A stretch of DNA of 64,000 nucleotides from positions 64,001 to 128,000 of the IMG/VR virus record IMGVR_UViG_3300013121_000044; one strand, 5' to 3'. The translations under genes and the position numbers were made by a program. Below the pieces are notes generated by a model, which worked only from the letters and a program-made list of their open reading frames with translations, was not told the DNA's origin and ran no database searches. Numbering within the stretch: position 1 is the stretch's first letter; each line of letters starts with the position of its first letter. This stretch comes from a virus (lineage: Duplodnaviria > Caudoviricetes). Shown here piece by piece: positions 36,850 through 47,090 of the stretch.

Positions 36850-37728
36850 ATGAATTCAAACCCGCCTGTTTTCTTCACCCCGGGCGGTACCGCCTACCTC
36901 AAGGACCCGGGGGTCGTGCTCCTCGCAGCCCCGATGTTCTGCGTGAACGCCGGACTGCGCACCTTCCTGATCGGGCTCGACCCCGAGTTCGAGACCGGTT
37001 ACAACGACTTCTTCGACGCACGCGCAGGGGTGTCGGAGCAGGGTGCGACTCACAGCTTCGCGGGCGAGCACCTCGTGCAGCTCGCCGGACAGCTGTGCTA
37101 CCTGTCCCTCGGGGCTCGAAGGACGACCGTCGGGGAGAACGCAACCTACCTCCGCAAGATCCTCTCCTCGGGGCACGGTTCGGTCCTGGAGCACGCCAAC
37201 TACACGCTCCTCTTCTACGGCATCGACCGCGCGTGCACCCATGAACTCGTGCGGCACCGCGCCGGGATGGCGTACTCCCAGGTGAGCCAGCGCTACGTCG
37301 ACGGCAGGCACCTCCGGTTCTGCATGCCCTTCGAGTACCAGCAGCGCGAGGAACTGACGACCTCCTTCGAGAAGTTCATCGACTACGCGGCGGACACCTA
37401 CGCGAACCGCACGGAGGAGCTCAAGCTCGTCTTTCCACAACAACCTGGGGAAGTCGCGACCGACTGGCGCAAGCGCATCCAGTCCTGCGCCCGCGAGTGC
37501 CTTCCGAACGCCACGGAGGCTCCGATCATCGTCACCGGGAATGCGCGCTCCTGGCGGCACGTCCTCTCCATGCGAACCGCCAAGGCCGCCGACGTGCGCA
37601 TCCGTCGGCCCATGATCCGCGCCCTCCAGGTGCTCCAGGCCGCCGCCCCCGACCTGTTCGGGGACTTCCGCACGTTCAACCTTCCGGACGGGTCGATCGG
37701 CGCAGAGGCGGAGTTCCCGAAGCCGTGA
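36850..37728 (+). CDS. thyX: Flavin-dependent thymidylate synthase
   Basis: GHGSVLEH, THELVRHR...SQVSQRY, LPNATE, TGNARSWRH. Confidence 0.95.
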   Translation: MNSNPPVFFTPGGTAYLKDPGVVLLAAPMFCVNAGLRTFLIGLDPEFETGYNDFFDARAGVSEQGATHSFAGEHLVQLAGQLCYLSLGARRTTVGENATYLRKILSSGHGSVLEHANYTLLFYGIDRACTHELVRHRAGMAYSQVSQRYVDGRHLRFCMPFEYQQREELTTSFEKFIDYAADTYANRTEELKLVFPQQPGEVATDWRKRIQSCARECLPNATEAPIIVTGNARSWRHVLSMRTAKAADVRIRRPMIRALQVLQAAAPDLFGDFRTFNLPDGSIGAEAEFPKP

Positions 37729-38078
37729 AAACCATCGACGCCTTTCCCTCCCGCCAACGAGAGGTCCTTCTCACGATGCTCGGCCTGCCCGATACCGTGG
37801 TGATCATCCACGGCCCTATCAAGAGCGGCAAGACGGAGCTCGTCGACACGATCTGCCGCGAGGATCGAGGGATCCGCGTGATCGACGACGGCGGGCCGGT
37901 CGAGGAGCTCAGGGCCAAGCTCCAGCGCCACAAACTCCGTCTGGGGGCCACGCAGCCCACGCGCGGGTTGATCCTCGTCTCCCAGGAGCGGATCCCGCCG
38001 AAGCCTTTCGGGGCTCACGTCATCATCGAAACGCGTCGCGACGAGGCTCCTCTCGTCACGTACACGTCCGAGGAGTGA
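37725..38078 (+). CDS. Small P-loop-like protein
   Basis: IIHGPIKSGKT. Confidence 0.5.
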   Translation: MKTIDAFPSRQREVLLTMLGLPDTVVIIHGPIKSGKTELVDTICREDRGIRVIDDGGPVEELRAKLQRHKLRLGATQPTRGLILVSQERIPPKPFGAHVIIETRRDEAPLVTYTSEE

Positions 38079-38115
38079 CAACCTCACGGCCTGACTTCTC
38101 GGACAGAAGGAACTC

Positions 38116-38589
38116 ATGGACGAAGAAGCCTGCCCGACGTGCGGCACCCCGTACGTCGTATTCCGCGACATCGAGAACAAGCGCTGGCGGTACCTCTGCG
38201 CCTGCGAAGCGAACGCGGGGTGCGCCAAAGGCAGGCACCCTGCGACGCACGCGAAGCTCCACGCCGACGACAGCGTCGAGCGGTACGTGTGCGACGCGCA
38301 CGGCGTCCCGCCCGATGAGAGGCCGCCTCCCCCGCCACGAACCCCGCCCCCCGCAAGGGAGGCGCCGAAGCGCCGAACGGAGGTACCCAAGTCCTCCCGC
38401 GTTCGGCGCAACCTCCTCACCCTCGAAGGTTTCAAGGCCGAGCTTCGCGAGAGCCAGCTTCGAGGCCGTTGCAAGAAATGCAGGCGGGAACGTGCGATGA
38501 TTGACAGTCAATTCAAGGCCCTGGAGGGTACTCCCCTCTTCGACCTCCTCTGCCCCTTCTGCGGGCATCACGAACACGACTTCCTCTGA
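38116..38589 (+). CDS. Zinc-ribbon protein
   Basis: Multiple CxxC pairs. Confidence 0.6.
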   Translation: MDEEACPTCGTPYVVFRDIENKRWRYLCACEANAGCAKGRHPATHAKLHADDSVERYVCDAHGVPPDERPPPPPRTPPPAREAPKRRTEVPKSSRVRRNLLTLEGFKAELRESQLRGRCKKCRRERAMIDSQFKALEGTPLFDLLCPFCGHHEHDFL

Positions 38590-38600
38590 AAGGAAGACTT

Positions 38601-39599
38601 ATGTCACGGGACTACGAACAGGCGTCCGATTCCTTCTGGCGCGCGGCGGAAGCGGCGCTCGCCGTCGAGTACAACGACGCCGTGCTCGCAACGAAGGAAC
38701 ATCCGGACCGCGAATCGGACGAACGCTGGGAGGCCACGGTGCGGCGGGCGCGCGGCACCGAGGGCTGGAAGGCGGGCGACGAATTGGAGGCGTGGTTCTT
38801 CACCGCGTACTCCACGTCGAAGGAAGATGCGATCGCGAAGCTCGAACGCAAGGTGCAGGACCACGCGCTGCGCCGGAGCTTCCGCAGCATGCTCGACGCC
38901 CTTCCTTATGAAGAACGGGAACGGAAGGAGCGGGAGGCGCGACTCCTTCTGGAGGTGAATCACACCGTCGTCCTGGGCTCGAAAGGGCAGACGGTCGACG
39001 ACATCGCCGACGGGATCAAACGGAGGGAGTATTTCGACAACGTCCGAAGTCTCGCCAAGGAGATCACGGATGACGTGAAGAGCGGCGCGATCACGAGCGA
39101 CGAAGGCGTGTGGGAACGCATCCACGAGATCGAAGTGGTCTACAACGCCGAGGCCCTGGACACCCTCCGTTACAGCCAGAACGATCAAGCGTACTGGGAC
39201 CAGATGGGTGGGGAGCCTCCGTCCTGGAGCGCGCTGGCAGCGTACGCGCTGCAAGAGGACGTGCGCGAACACCTCGACTTCGACCCCGGGAACATCCACG
39301 AGGTGGACTGCCTGCGCTGCGGGACGGTCGTCTCCACCGAGGACGAAAGCGACGAGACGGACTGCCCGAAGTGCGGTCTCAGCCTCGACACGGAGGAGCG
39401 CGGGGGGTTCGAGATCACGGCCGAGAGCGCAGGACAGATCGCGCACGTCTGCGCGGACTGCCTCAAGGACGAAGTTCGAGAACTCGACACCACCCACGCT
39501 CTCCCGGCAAAGGCCGTGTTCGTGTGCGGCGAGTGCGGGGAAACCTTCATCACTCCTGACGAAGACTCTGACGAGAAGAACGAGGAGAACAAAGCATGA
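38601..39599 (+). CDS. Hypothetical protein with C-terminal zinc ribbons
   Basis: CLRC, CPKC, CADC, CGEC. Confidence 0.65.
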   Translation: MSRDYEQASDSFWRAAEAALAVEYNDAVLATKEHPDRESDERWEATVRRARGTEGWKAGDELEAWFFTAYSTSKEDAIAKLERKVQDHALRRSFRSMLDALPYEERERKEREARLLLEVNHTVVLGSKGQTVDDIADGIKRREYFDNVRSLAKEITDDVKSGAITSDEGVWERIHEIEVVYNAEALDTLRYSQNDQAYWDQMGGEPPSWSALAAYALQEDVREHLDFDPGNIHEVDCLRCGTVVSTEDESDETDCPKCGLSLDTEERGGFEITAESAGQIAHVCADCLKDEVRELDTTHALPAKAVFVCGECGETFITPDEDSDEKNEENKA

Positions 39600-40726
39600 C
39601 CAGCATGGTTCACCACGGACCCGGGGATCGCGCCTCGGCCGAATCGGACGCCGCCAAGAAGATGCGCGTGCGCCTTCACGACAACATCACGGCGGCGCGC
39701 GCCAAGTCCACGCTCGCCCTGGAGAGGATCGAACAGGAGATCCCGAACGATCTCGTCATCCACACGTCGGCGGTCGAGTTCTCGCACCGGTCGGACGAGC
39801 TGCGCGTGAGCTACAAGGAGGCTGGGCACCTCCCCGACCAGCGCATTCACCCCTGGGCCCTCGGGCAGATGTGCGAGGCCATGGGCCTCCCGAGGGCGTA
39901 CCTCAACGGCATCCTCAAGCGGGACGACCCGGAAGATCGCTACTGGGGCGCCGAGCTCGCGGCGAAGAACCTGGAGGAGCTCTTCAAGCACGCGGACGGG
40001 CGCAACCTCGTGCGGAGCTACAACAACCAGACGCGAGGGTTCCTCTCCCCGCGTTACCAGCGGCGACACCCCGGAAAGCTCATCGACATGCTCATTCAGA
40101 GCTTCCGGAAGCACGGCCTGATCGCGTACGACGCGTGGTGCTCGGATACCAAGCACGGGGTACGCGCGGTCCTCGACAGGATCGTCGAGCCCGTCCCGAA
40201 CGAGTGCCTCGGCGTCGGCGTCTATTACGCCGAGTCCCCGTTCGGTAACGGTGCGACGGAGCTCTCCATCTTCATCGAGCGCATGTGGTGCACGAACCTC
40301 GCCGTCATGGAGCAGACGCTCCGCACGGTGCACCTCGGGGGGCATCTTCAGGAGGACATCACCTGGAGCGAGGAGACCTATCGCAAGGACACGGATCTCG
40401 TCTGCGCGAAGCTCGCGGACATGCTGGAGGCCACCATCTCCGACGGCGCGATCAAGAAGCTCGAAGACGGGGTGCGTCGAGCCCACGAGCAGAAGCTCAT
40501 GGGAAACGCCTTCGAGGCGTTCCTCAAGCGGCACCTCACCAAGGAGGACGCGAACGGCGTCCTGGCGGTCTACCGGGGGGCCGACGTGGAGATGCTCCCG
40601 CCGGGCAACACGGTGTGGCGCGCCTCCAACGCCATCTCGTTCTTCGGCGGCAAGGTGGAGGACGACGAGAAGAAGTTCGAGATCCAGAAGCTCGCCGGCA
40701 AGGCGCTCAAGGACCTCGCGGCGTAG
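39596..40726 (+). CDS. DUF932/DUF945-like phage protein
   Basis: RGFLSPRY, G......S..G.GA, ERMWCTN..V...H.G motifs. Confidence 0.7.
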   Translation: MTSMVHHGPGDRASAESDAAKKMRVRLHDNITAARAKSTLALERIEQEIPNDLVIHTSAVEFSHRSDELRVSYKEAGHLPDQRIHPWALGQMCEAMGLPRAYLNGILKRDDPEDRYWGAELAAKNLEELFKHADGRNLVRSYNNQTRGFLSPRYQRRHPGKLIDMLIQSFRKHGLIAYDAWCSDTKHGVRAVLDRIVEPVPNECLGVGVYYAESPFGNGATELSIFIERMWCTNLAVMEQTLRTVHLGGHLQEDITWSEETYRKDTDLVCAKLADMLEATISDGAIKKLEDGVRRAHEQKLMGNAFEAFLKRHLTKEDANGVLAVYRGADVEMLPPGNTVWRASNAISFFGGKVEDDEKKFEIQKLAGKALKDLAA

Positions 40727-40728
40727 TC

Positions 40729-40974
40729 GTGGGAGGACCAGAAGACGACCTCATCGCGGCCCTGGACGCTCTCCATAAGAACGACCAGCTCCGCGACGAG
40801 GAGAAATCCCGCGCCACCGAAGTCCGCGATCGGCTCATCCTGGGAGAGGTGCGCGAGGAAGACGCCGCGTGGATCGCTGAGGTAGCCGAGAGGGCCTACG
40901 AACAAGCCCTCGCGGACGAGATGTGGCGGAGGCAGCTCGACTTCGAGGACTACCCGGACGGCTGGCCCTCCTGA
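40729..40974 (+). CDS. Small hypothetical protein
   Basis: Fills the gap in the gene chain; acidic. Confidence 0.45.
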   Translation: MGGPEDDLIAALDALHKNDQLRDEEKSRATEVRDRLILGEVREEDAAWIAEVAERAYEQALADEMWRRQLDFEDYPDGWPS

Positions 40975-40985
40975 CGACCCAAGAA

Positions 40986-41028
40986 GAGGGCGCCGTACGT
41001 CGTACGCCGTACGCCGTACGGCGCCCTC
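40986..41028. repeat. Inverted repeat built from tandem TACGNCG units
   Basis: GAGGGCGCCGTACG / CGTACGGCGCCCTC arms enclosing three overlapping TACGNCGTA sites. Confidence 0.85.
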
Positions 41029-41033
41029 CGGAG

Positions 41034-41315
41034 ATGACCATGGACAAGTCCATTCGACTGCGACGGGTGCTCGACGCTGCGTTCGAGGCCCTGTGCGAGA
41101 CCCACGAAGACGAGCTCCCGAGGGCGCTCGTTGAAGCGCTGACCGAACTGCGCGCGACCTATGACGATCACGCAGGCCCTCTGACCGAGGACCTCTCGGC
41201 CGCCTGTAAGGCCCTCTTCGAGGAGGCGTCCGAAGCCATGGGCGACCACGCGCTCTGGAACCAGGAAGGAGCAGGCTACGTGGCCGTGGACCTGCTCAGG
41301 GAAGGGGTGCGTTAA
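41034..41315 (+). CDS. Hypothetical protein
   Basis: SD GGAG. Confidence 0.55.
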   Translation: MTMDKSIRLRRVLDAAFEALCETHEDELPRALVEALTELRATYDDHAGPLTEDLSAACKALFEEASEAMGDHALWNQEGAGYVAVDLLREGVR

Positions 41316-41318
41316 GTC

Positions 41319-42326
41319 GTGAGTCGATACGACCCGCGCGAAGCCCCGTGGCTCCGCGCCGAGACGGTGGCGCTCTGGAAGAAGTACCGTGAGGAGCATA
41401 CCAGGGACTGGAATCACCGTCGAGAGACGATCAAGGACGGCGTGCGGGCACCGGACGGGCACGTGGTGCGGAGCTCCTACACGCCCGAATCCCTCCACTT
41501 CGACACTCGGGGGTTCGCGCAATACAAGACGCGCCCAGAGCTCCTTCGCTGGCAGGAGGAGCAGGCAGACACCCCGCACGGATACACGTACGTGCCGACC
41601 GTACGGTGGACGGAGTCGCCTTTCGTCGTCGTCGTGCGTCAGATCCCGTACGACATGGACGACTGGGACACCTACGGCACGTTCACGGACGACGAAGCGA
41701 CCGCGTACTACGGGAAGACATGGGGCACGATGCTCTTCGTCGAACCGATGCTCAAGAAACACCTCCTCGGAGCTCTCAAGACGACGTTCGGGTATCGGGA
41801 GGCACCGCCCGGCTTCGACGACGCCTGGAAAGCCCTCCGCGAGGACCTGCGCCAACGCGTAGGGCCCGACTTTCCCAAGAACCTTCACGAGCGCACGCTC
41901 CAAGGACCGGACTCCCGGCACGCGTGGAGGGTCGGGTGTTACGACACCTTCCAGGGCAACAACGATCACCGCGATCGGTACCGCAAGCGGCGGTACATCC
42001 AGCTCGCCGACTACAACTACGACGAGCTGCGAGCACACTTCTGGTTCCAGGGGCGCTCCAAACGGGAGGCGGACGAGCTCGCGCGTCAGGAATTTCGTTC
42101 CCGGATCGCGTTTATGAAGCGCATCGAAGAAGGCGACGTGTACGAGCTCTTCATCGAAGCGAAGGTCTACCGGGAAGACGACGAAGACGAGGTCGATGAA
42201 CTGGCCTCTGCGGGTTCGTCCACCGTCGTCGACCTCGACTACGTAAGCGAACGACGCTACCTCGACGAGATGGCCCGGGAAAGCGCCGCCGAGGCCCTCG
42301 CGGAGGCGCGGAAAGAGGATCCATGA
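41319..42326 (+). CDS. Hypothetical protein
   Basis: 335 aa with genome-typical codon bias. Confidence 0.65.
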   Translation: MSRYDPREAPWLRAETVALWKKYREEHTRDWNHRRETIKDGVRAPDGHVVRSSYTPESLHFDTRGFAQYKTRPELLRWQEEQADTPHGYTYVPTVRWTESPFVVVVRQIPYDMDDWDTYGTFTDDEATAYYGKTWGTMLFVEPMLKKHLLGALKTTFGYREAPPGFDDAWKALREDLRQRVGPDFPKNLHERTLQGPDSRHAWRVGCYDTFQGNNDHRDRYRKRRYIQLADYNYDELRAHFWFQGRSKREADELARQEFRSRIAFMKRIEEGDVYELFIEAKVYREDDEDEVDELASAGSSTVVDLDYVSERRYLDEMARESAAEALAEARKEDP

Positions 42327-42655
42327 GCGACGAACACTGGTGGGGGATGTCCCTCCCCGAGGGCGCGACCAAGGCGTACGGCGCCCGCGCCATCTACACG
42401 CCGCACAGAAAGCGCCTGCTCGACTTCCCGCCGGACCGGATCTCCTGGCGGGACAAGATCGCCAAGCGTGACCTCGCGGTGGTTCTGAACGAGATCCGCC
42501 GGAAGTTGCGGGATCGTGCGATCGACGTGGGAGACGCACAGATCGTTTCGGGGCGCGCGGCACTGCGGCCTGACTACGTGTACACGTTCAGCCCCCGATC
42601 GAGCCACGGTTACCTGTACATCTCCATCTGGTACGACCCGAAGGAGACCCGATGA
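42323..42655 (+). CDS. Hypothetical protein
   Basis: ATGA overlap; C-terminal SHGYLY motif. Confidence 0.6.
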   Translation: MSDEHWWGMSLPEGATKAYGARAIYTPHRKRLLDFPPDRISWRDKIAKRDLAVVLNEIRRKLRDRAIDVGDAQIVSGRAALRPDYVYTFSPRSSHGYLYISIWYDPKETR

Positions 42656-42890
42656 AGAAGCTCAACTACCTCGTCAAATCCCACTTCCCTCAGGAACGGT
42701 TCACCGTGAGGAAACCGTGACTCTCAGCCCGTCCGCGCGGTGTCGCGCGGACGGGCACTCCCCCTTCTTTTTGGCTCTGGACAGGGGGCACACCCTGGGT
42801 ATCCTCTCCAAGCCGCTGGCGTTCGAGGCGAAGGACAACGGGCTGTCAACCTGTAGAACAGAGGCTCGCTACCTCTGCGGCGGCGCAGAC

Positions 42891-43625
42891 TCAAGGCGTG
42901 AAAAGCGCACGCCGCGTGGCCTCGTCGAGCTCTCCGGTCTCGGCGAGGCCATGTTCTTTCTGCCACTCCCGACAGCGCGCTTGCGTTTTCTTCCCCCAGG
43001 CCCCGTCTACGACGAGACCCCCGAGGAGGTGCTGGGCCCAGTACTCACTCACTTCCCGGACGAGGGCGCGGTGAGCCGTCAGGGAGTTGGTCGGATTCGC
43101 CTTCGTGACCTCGCCCTTGTAGCCCGCCTCCACCATCGCGGGGAACCACTCCAGCCCGGCCCAGAAACGCGCGCCCGTTGCGCCGTAGCGCCCTTTGGCC
43201 GGAGGCTTCGGGACGAAAACGCGAATCCACTCCGCGAAGTACGCCTCCAGCGAATCGTACGCACGATAGAAACACGTGTGCGGGTCGCCCGACTTCTTGT
43301 GGCCGAGCGCGCGCCACCAACGTCGCGGGGATCCGTCCGGGTTCTTGCACGTGTTCTTGTTGATCTTGACGCCACCGAGGTTCCAGGCGCGGAACTTGAA
43401 CTTCCATCCGATCTCACTGATCGTGTTGGCTTGAACCCCGAGGGCCTGTTCCGTGGTCAGGCCGAGGGCGAGGAGCGCCTGGATACACGCCACGATGAAC
43501 GGGCCCCGTTCCAGCGGGGGTCGGTGCTCCGTGACCTCCAGCTCCGGTCGGAGCCAGAAGGGGGGCGGCTGAAGCGGGCCGTCCCATGCATCACCCACAG
43601 GGGCTGTGTTCTCAGGTTCGGTCAT
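42891..43625 (-). CDS. Endolysin: GH73/glucosaminidase-like domain plus C-terminal PG_binding_1 domain
   Basis: SEIGW, WNLGGVK, YRAYDSLEA; VDGAWGKKT...WQKEHGL.ETG.LD..T. Confidence 0.85.
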   Translation of the reverse strand: MTEPENTAPVGDAWDGPLQPPPFWLRPELEVTEHRPPLERGPFIVACIQALLALGLTTEQALGVQANTISEIGWKFKFRAWNLGGVKINKNTCKNPDGSPRRWWRALGHKKSGDPHTCFYRAYDSLEAYFAEWIRVFVPKPPAKGRYGATGARFWAGLEWFPAMVEAGYKGEVTKANPTNSLTAHRALVREVSEYWAQHLLGGLVVDGAWGKKTQARCREWQKEHGLAETGELDEATRRALFTP

Positions 43626-43639
43626 GGTACGGTTAGCGT

Positions 43640-43828
43640 ATGCGCCCCGAAATCTCGCTGCTCACCGATCCCGCTCACGAGCAGGCTCTCGCCACGATGA
43701 AGAAGGCTCTCCGTCGTGCGGGCCTCCAAGGAGAGCCGACGAACCGTCAAGAACGGCGACGCCTCAACGCGATCTTGAGGAGCCTCGGGGCGCCTGAGCT
43801 CCAGGTCAACGGGACCCGACGCAGCTAA
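43640..43828 (+). CDS. Small hypothetical protein
   Basis: NRQERRR motif; TACGGT-N6-ATG start. Confidence 0.45.
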   Translation: MRPEISLLTDPAHEQALATMKKALRRAGLQGEPTNRQERRRLNAILRSLGAPELQVNGTRRS

Positions 43829-43856
43829 GACCCGCCGTACGACGTATTCTTCACAC

Positions 43857-46800
43857 GTGGAGTCTCTCTACGAAAAGATTGCCAGGGTTCTAACCGAGCT
43901 CCAACCGCATCAGGAGCGTCTCGTCGAAAAACTCCGCGCCTCGGGCGGCGTCGTCGCCGACTGGGGACTCGGGACGGGCAAGACCCTCGGGTCGATCGCC
44001 GCCAAGGACCGCCTGGGCGTTCCTGCCGACGTGATCGTACCGGCGCCCCTTCAAGCCAACTACCGGAAGGAGCTCCAGAAACACCTCGGCGAAGAACCGG
44101 ACGATGTGCGGATCCGATCCTACGAGGGCGCAGCCAAGGACAACCACGTCGACCCTTCCGGACTCGTGGTCTTCGACGAAGCGCATCGCGGGAGAAACGC
44201 GGGAACCGGCGCGGCGAAGCTCATGGATCAGGCGCGCGCCGCCAAGTACCGCCTCTTCCTCACCGGCACCCCGGTCTATAACTCCCCCGCTGACCTCGCA
44301 CCCCTGATCAACGCGGCGGCGGGACGCAAGGTTCTCCCGGACGATCCGAACCTCTTCAAGCAAACGTTTGTCGGACAGACCGTCGAAGAGGCACCTCTCT
44401 GGGACCGCCTCAAAGGCAAGGTCCTCGGGCATCCCATCCACACCGAGCCGCGACCGACGCTGATCAACCGAGACCGGCTGGTCCAGGCCACGCGAGGTTA
44501 CGTGGACTTCCATCGCGGCGGAGGCGCGGGGTTCCCGGACCGGATTGACGAAGAACATCTCGTCGACATGAGCCCGAAGCAGCGGGAGCTCTACACGTTC
44601 GCCGAGGGGAAAATGCCGTGGTACCTGCGCGCCAAGATTCGCGCCGGGCTCCCCATGTCGAAGCAGGAGTCCAAGGAGCTCAACGCTTTTCAGGGCGCCC
44701 TGCGCCAGATCGCCAACACGCCGCGCGGATTCGCGCAGGACATCAACGACGAGAACGAGGTGGAGCACTCCCCGAAGATCCAACGCGTGGTAGACCATCT
44801 CCTGGACGCGCGGAAGAAAGACCCAAACCATCGAGGCGTCATCTACTCGAACTACCTGGAGTCGGGAGTGCATCCTCTGTCGAGGGCGCTTGCCAAGGCG
44901 GGAGTGCCTCACTCCGTCTTCACCGGGGACGTGAGCGGACCGCGCAGGGCCCAGATGGTGGCCGATTACAACGCTGGCAAGACCCCCGTTCTTCTCGTGT
45001 CAGGCGCCGGGTCGGAAGGGCTTGATCTCAAGGGGACGCGGACGATTCAGCTCTTGGAACCTCACTGGCACGACCAGCGTCCCGCCCAGGTCATCGGCCG
45101 TGGGATCCGCTACAAGAGTCACGAGCACCTTCCCGAGAAAGATCGAAACGTGCGCGTGATGCGCTATTACTCGACGCTGCCCAAGGACGTAGAAGACCGC
45201 CTGGGAACGTTCATCGGCATGAAGCCCAAGCAGTCGATCGAGCAGTACCTCAAGCACATGTCGGGGGAGAAGACGCACATCACCGACCAGATCGCGGACG
45301 CCCTCCAGGAGGCGAGCGATTACGGGCCGCTTCAGAAGCGCGCGATTGAAGAGGTGTCACAGCGTTACGCCCTCCCGTACGCCGTATTGAGCAAAGTCGC
45401 AGGGTCCCGGTTCCTCGATATGGCGCGAAAAGGGGCGCTCGGCGTCCGGGACCTCGCGCGCGTAGGTCTCCACGGCGCGTCCGAACTCCACGGCCCCAAC
45501 GTTCGTGACGTGAGATCTCGGCTTTCCCAAGGCGTTTCGGATCTCACGGGGGCAGCAGCGCAACGCCACGACATGTTGAACGGGCGCTTGGCGGACAATA
45601 TCGTCCGCCGACACGGTGCATTCGTTCACGCGACTCCAACCGGGCCCGCCATGAATCTGGCAGGACACACGCTGCTGACGCACAACGCGATCCCCGAGGC
45701 GGCCGAACTGGTGGGAGGTGATTCCTCGCAGTGGATGCGCAACGCCGGGTCGTTGCGTAGGGCCCTCACCGAACATGAGATCGCGGAAGGGACAATGGCG
45801 GCGGGCACGGCGCGTCACCTGCGCGCTCTCGGACATCACACGTTCGCCGACAGCCTCCACCCGTCAACACCTGAAGCCGTCAAAGGTCTCGCCTCGACGC
45901 TCCGCCATGGGGGATTTGACGACGTAGCCGACGCTCTACACAAAGTCCCCACGCCTGCGACGCAGAGTTACGAACCCAAACCTTTTGGGTCGCACCTCGG
46001 TCCCTCCGCCGTGCTCTCGGAGCAACAAGCCCTGTGGCGAAACCCTGAGGCGCAGCGTATGCAAGCCTCCCTCCGCATAACCCCCGAAGAGCAAGAGATC
46101 GCCCGGCGTATCAAACAATACGGGGGGACCGAATCCCGACCTCTTCCGCTGGGCGGGAAGGCGCATCGAAAGCTGGAACAGGACGCGATTACTTTCAAGG
46201 AACTGTCCCCGGACGCGCAAAGGCTCCGCGCGCAGATCCCGAGCGCGTACATTAGCCCGGATCAGGCGGCGGCCACCCGGCAAGGCATCGAAAGCAGTCT
46301 TGCGGAGATGCGAGCTTACGTCCCGCCGGAGCAACACGCGGAGCTGGAGCATCAATTCGGAACTATGGCGGAAGCTGTAGAGAATCGCGCTGGAATCCGA
46401 CATCCAGTGCCCGATGAGGGGCGCCAACTTATGGCTCTCCTCTCTGCTCCTCGAAACGACGCCAACCCATGGCAAAAAGAGGGTGCCGTTCGAGACTCTC
46501 CCGACGATTTGCTCGCCCGCGTGGTCGAACACATGGGGGACTCCCAGCTCGGGAAGCAAAAGCGGGAGCGGTACATCGAGTTCTCCCACCCGGCGGGGAT
46601 CACCCTCCGTTCACCGTACGATGAGTCCTTCCTCGCAGATCAAGTGCGCGAGAAGTACAAGGGGGACCCTCATGCTTTCGCGGATCAGATCCGCGACGAC
46701 CTCCTCAACATGGGGTATGCGACCCTCGGCAGCATCACGAAGAAGAATCAGCAGCTCCAACGAAATCGAGCGGTCCAGGGAGCCGCGTACGGATCCCTCG

Positions 46801-47084
46801 CTGGCTCGGTCCTCGGATCGGCCGCAGGCGCTTTCGCGGCAGAAGGTTTGGACAGGGCCCTTGCGCGAAGGGGATGGAGGTCTTCCTACGGTCTCCCGAT
46901 GCTGGCGTACTTCGCCACGGGGCTGGGGGTCCCTCTCGCCCTCGGCACGGCGGGCTTCCACATCGGCAAGAACACCTACAAACCCCTCGGGAACGAAGAC
47001 GTGATCGCCAAGAACACGCACCCTCTGCTCATGCCTCCGAAGCCGGTGAAGCAGAAGGTCAAGCTGGTGATCGACGAGAAGTGA
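43857..47084 (+). CDS. SNF2-like helicase fused to an unknown module and a C-terminal membrane/glycine-zipper module
   Basis: WGLGTGKT, DEAH, LTGTP, SPKI, GSEGLDL, QVIGRGIR; two hydrophobic helices at the C-terminus. Confidence 0.85.
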   Translation: MESLYEKIARVLTELQPHQERLVEKLRASGGVVADWGLGTGKTLGSIAAKDRLGVPADVIVPAPLQANYRKELQKHLGEEPDDVRIRSYEGAAKDNHVDPSGLVVFDEAHRGRNAGTGAAKLMDQARAAKYRLFLTGTPVYNSPADLAPLINAAAGRKVLPDDPNLFKQTFVGQTVEEAPLWDRLKGKVLGHPIHTEPRPTLINRDRLVQATRGYVDFHRGGGAGFPDRIDEEHLVDMSPKQRELYTFAEGKMPWYLRAKIRAGLPMSKQESKELNAFQGALRQIANTPRGFAQDINDENEVEHSPKIQRVVDHLLDARKKDPNHRGVIYSNYLESGVHPLSRALAKAGVPHSVFTGDVSGPRRAQMVADYNAGKTPVLLVSGAGSEGLDLKGTRTIQLLEPHWHDQRPAQVIGRGIRYKSHEHLPEKDRNVRVMRYYSTLPKDVEDRLGTFIGMKPKQSIEQYLKHMSGEKTHITDQIADALQEASDYGPLQKRAIEEVSQRYALPYAVLSKVAGSRFLDMARKGALGVRDLARVGLHGASELHGPNVRDVRSRLSQGVSDLTGAAAQRHDMLNGRLADNIVRRHGAFVHATPTGPAMNLAGHTLLTHNAIPEAAELVGGDSSQWMRNAGSLRRALTEHEIAEGTMAAGTARHLRALGHHTFADSLHPSTPEAVKGLASTLRHGGFDDVADALHKVPTPATQSYEPKPFGSHLGPSAVLSEQQALWRNPEAQRMQASLRITPEEQEIARRIKQYGGTESRPLPLGGKAHRKLEQDAITFKELSPDAQRLRAQIPSAYISPDQAAATRQGIESSLAEMRAYVPPEQHAELEHQFGTMAEAVENRAGIRHPVPDEGRQLMALLSAPRNDANPWQKEGAVRDSPDDLLARVVEHMGDSQLGKQKRERYIEFSHPAGITLRSPYDESFLADQVREKYKGDPHAFADQIRDDLLNMGYATLGSITKKNQQLQRNRAVQGAAYGSLAGSVLGSAAGAFAAEGLDRALARRGWRSSYGLPMLAYFATGLGVPLALGTAGFHIGKNTYKPLGNEDVIAKNTHPLLMPPKPVKQKVKLVIDEK

Positions 47085-47090
47085 TCGGGG

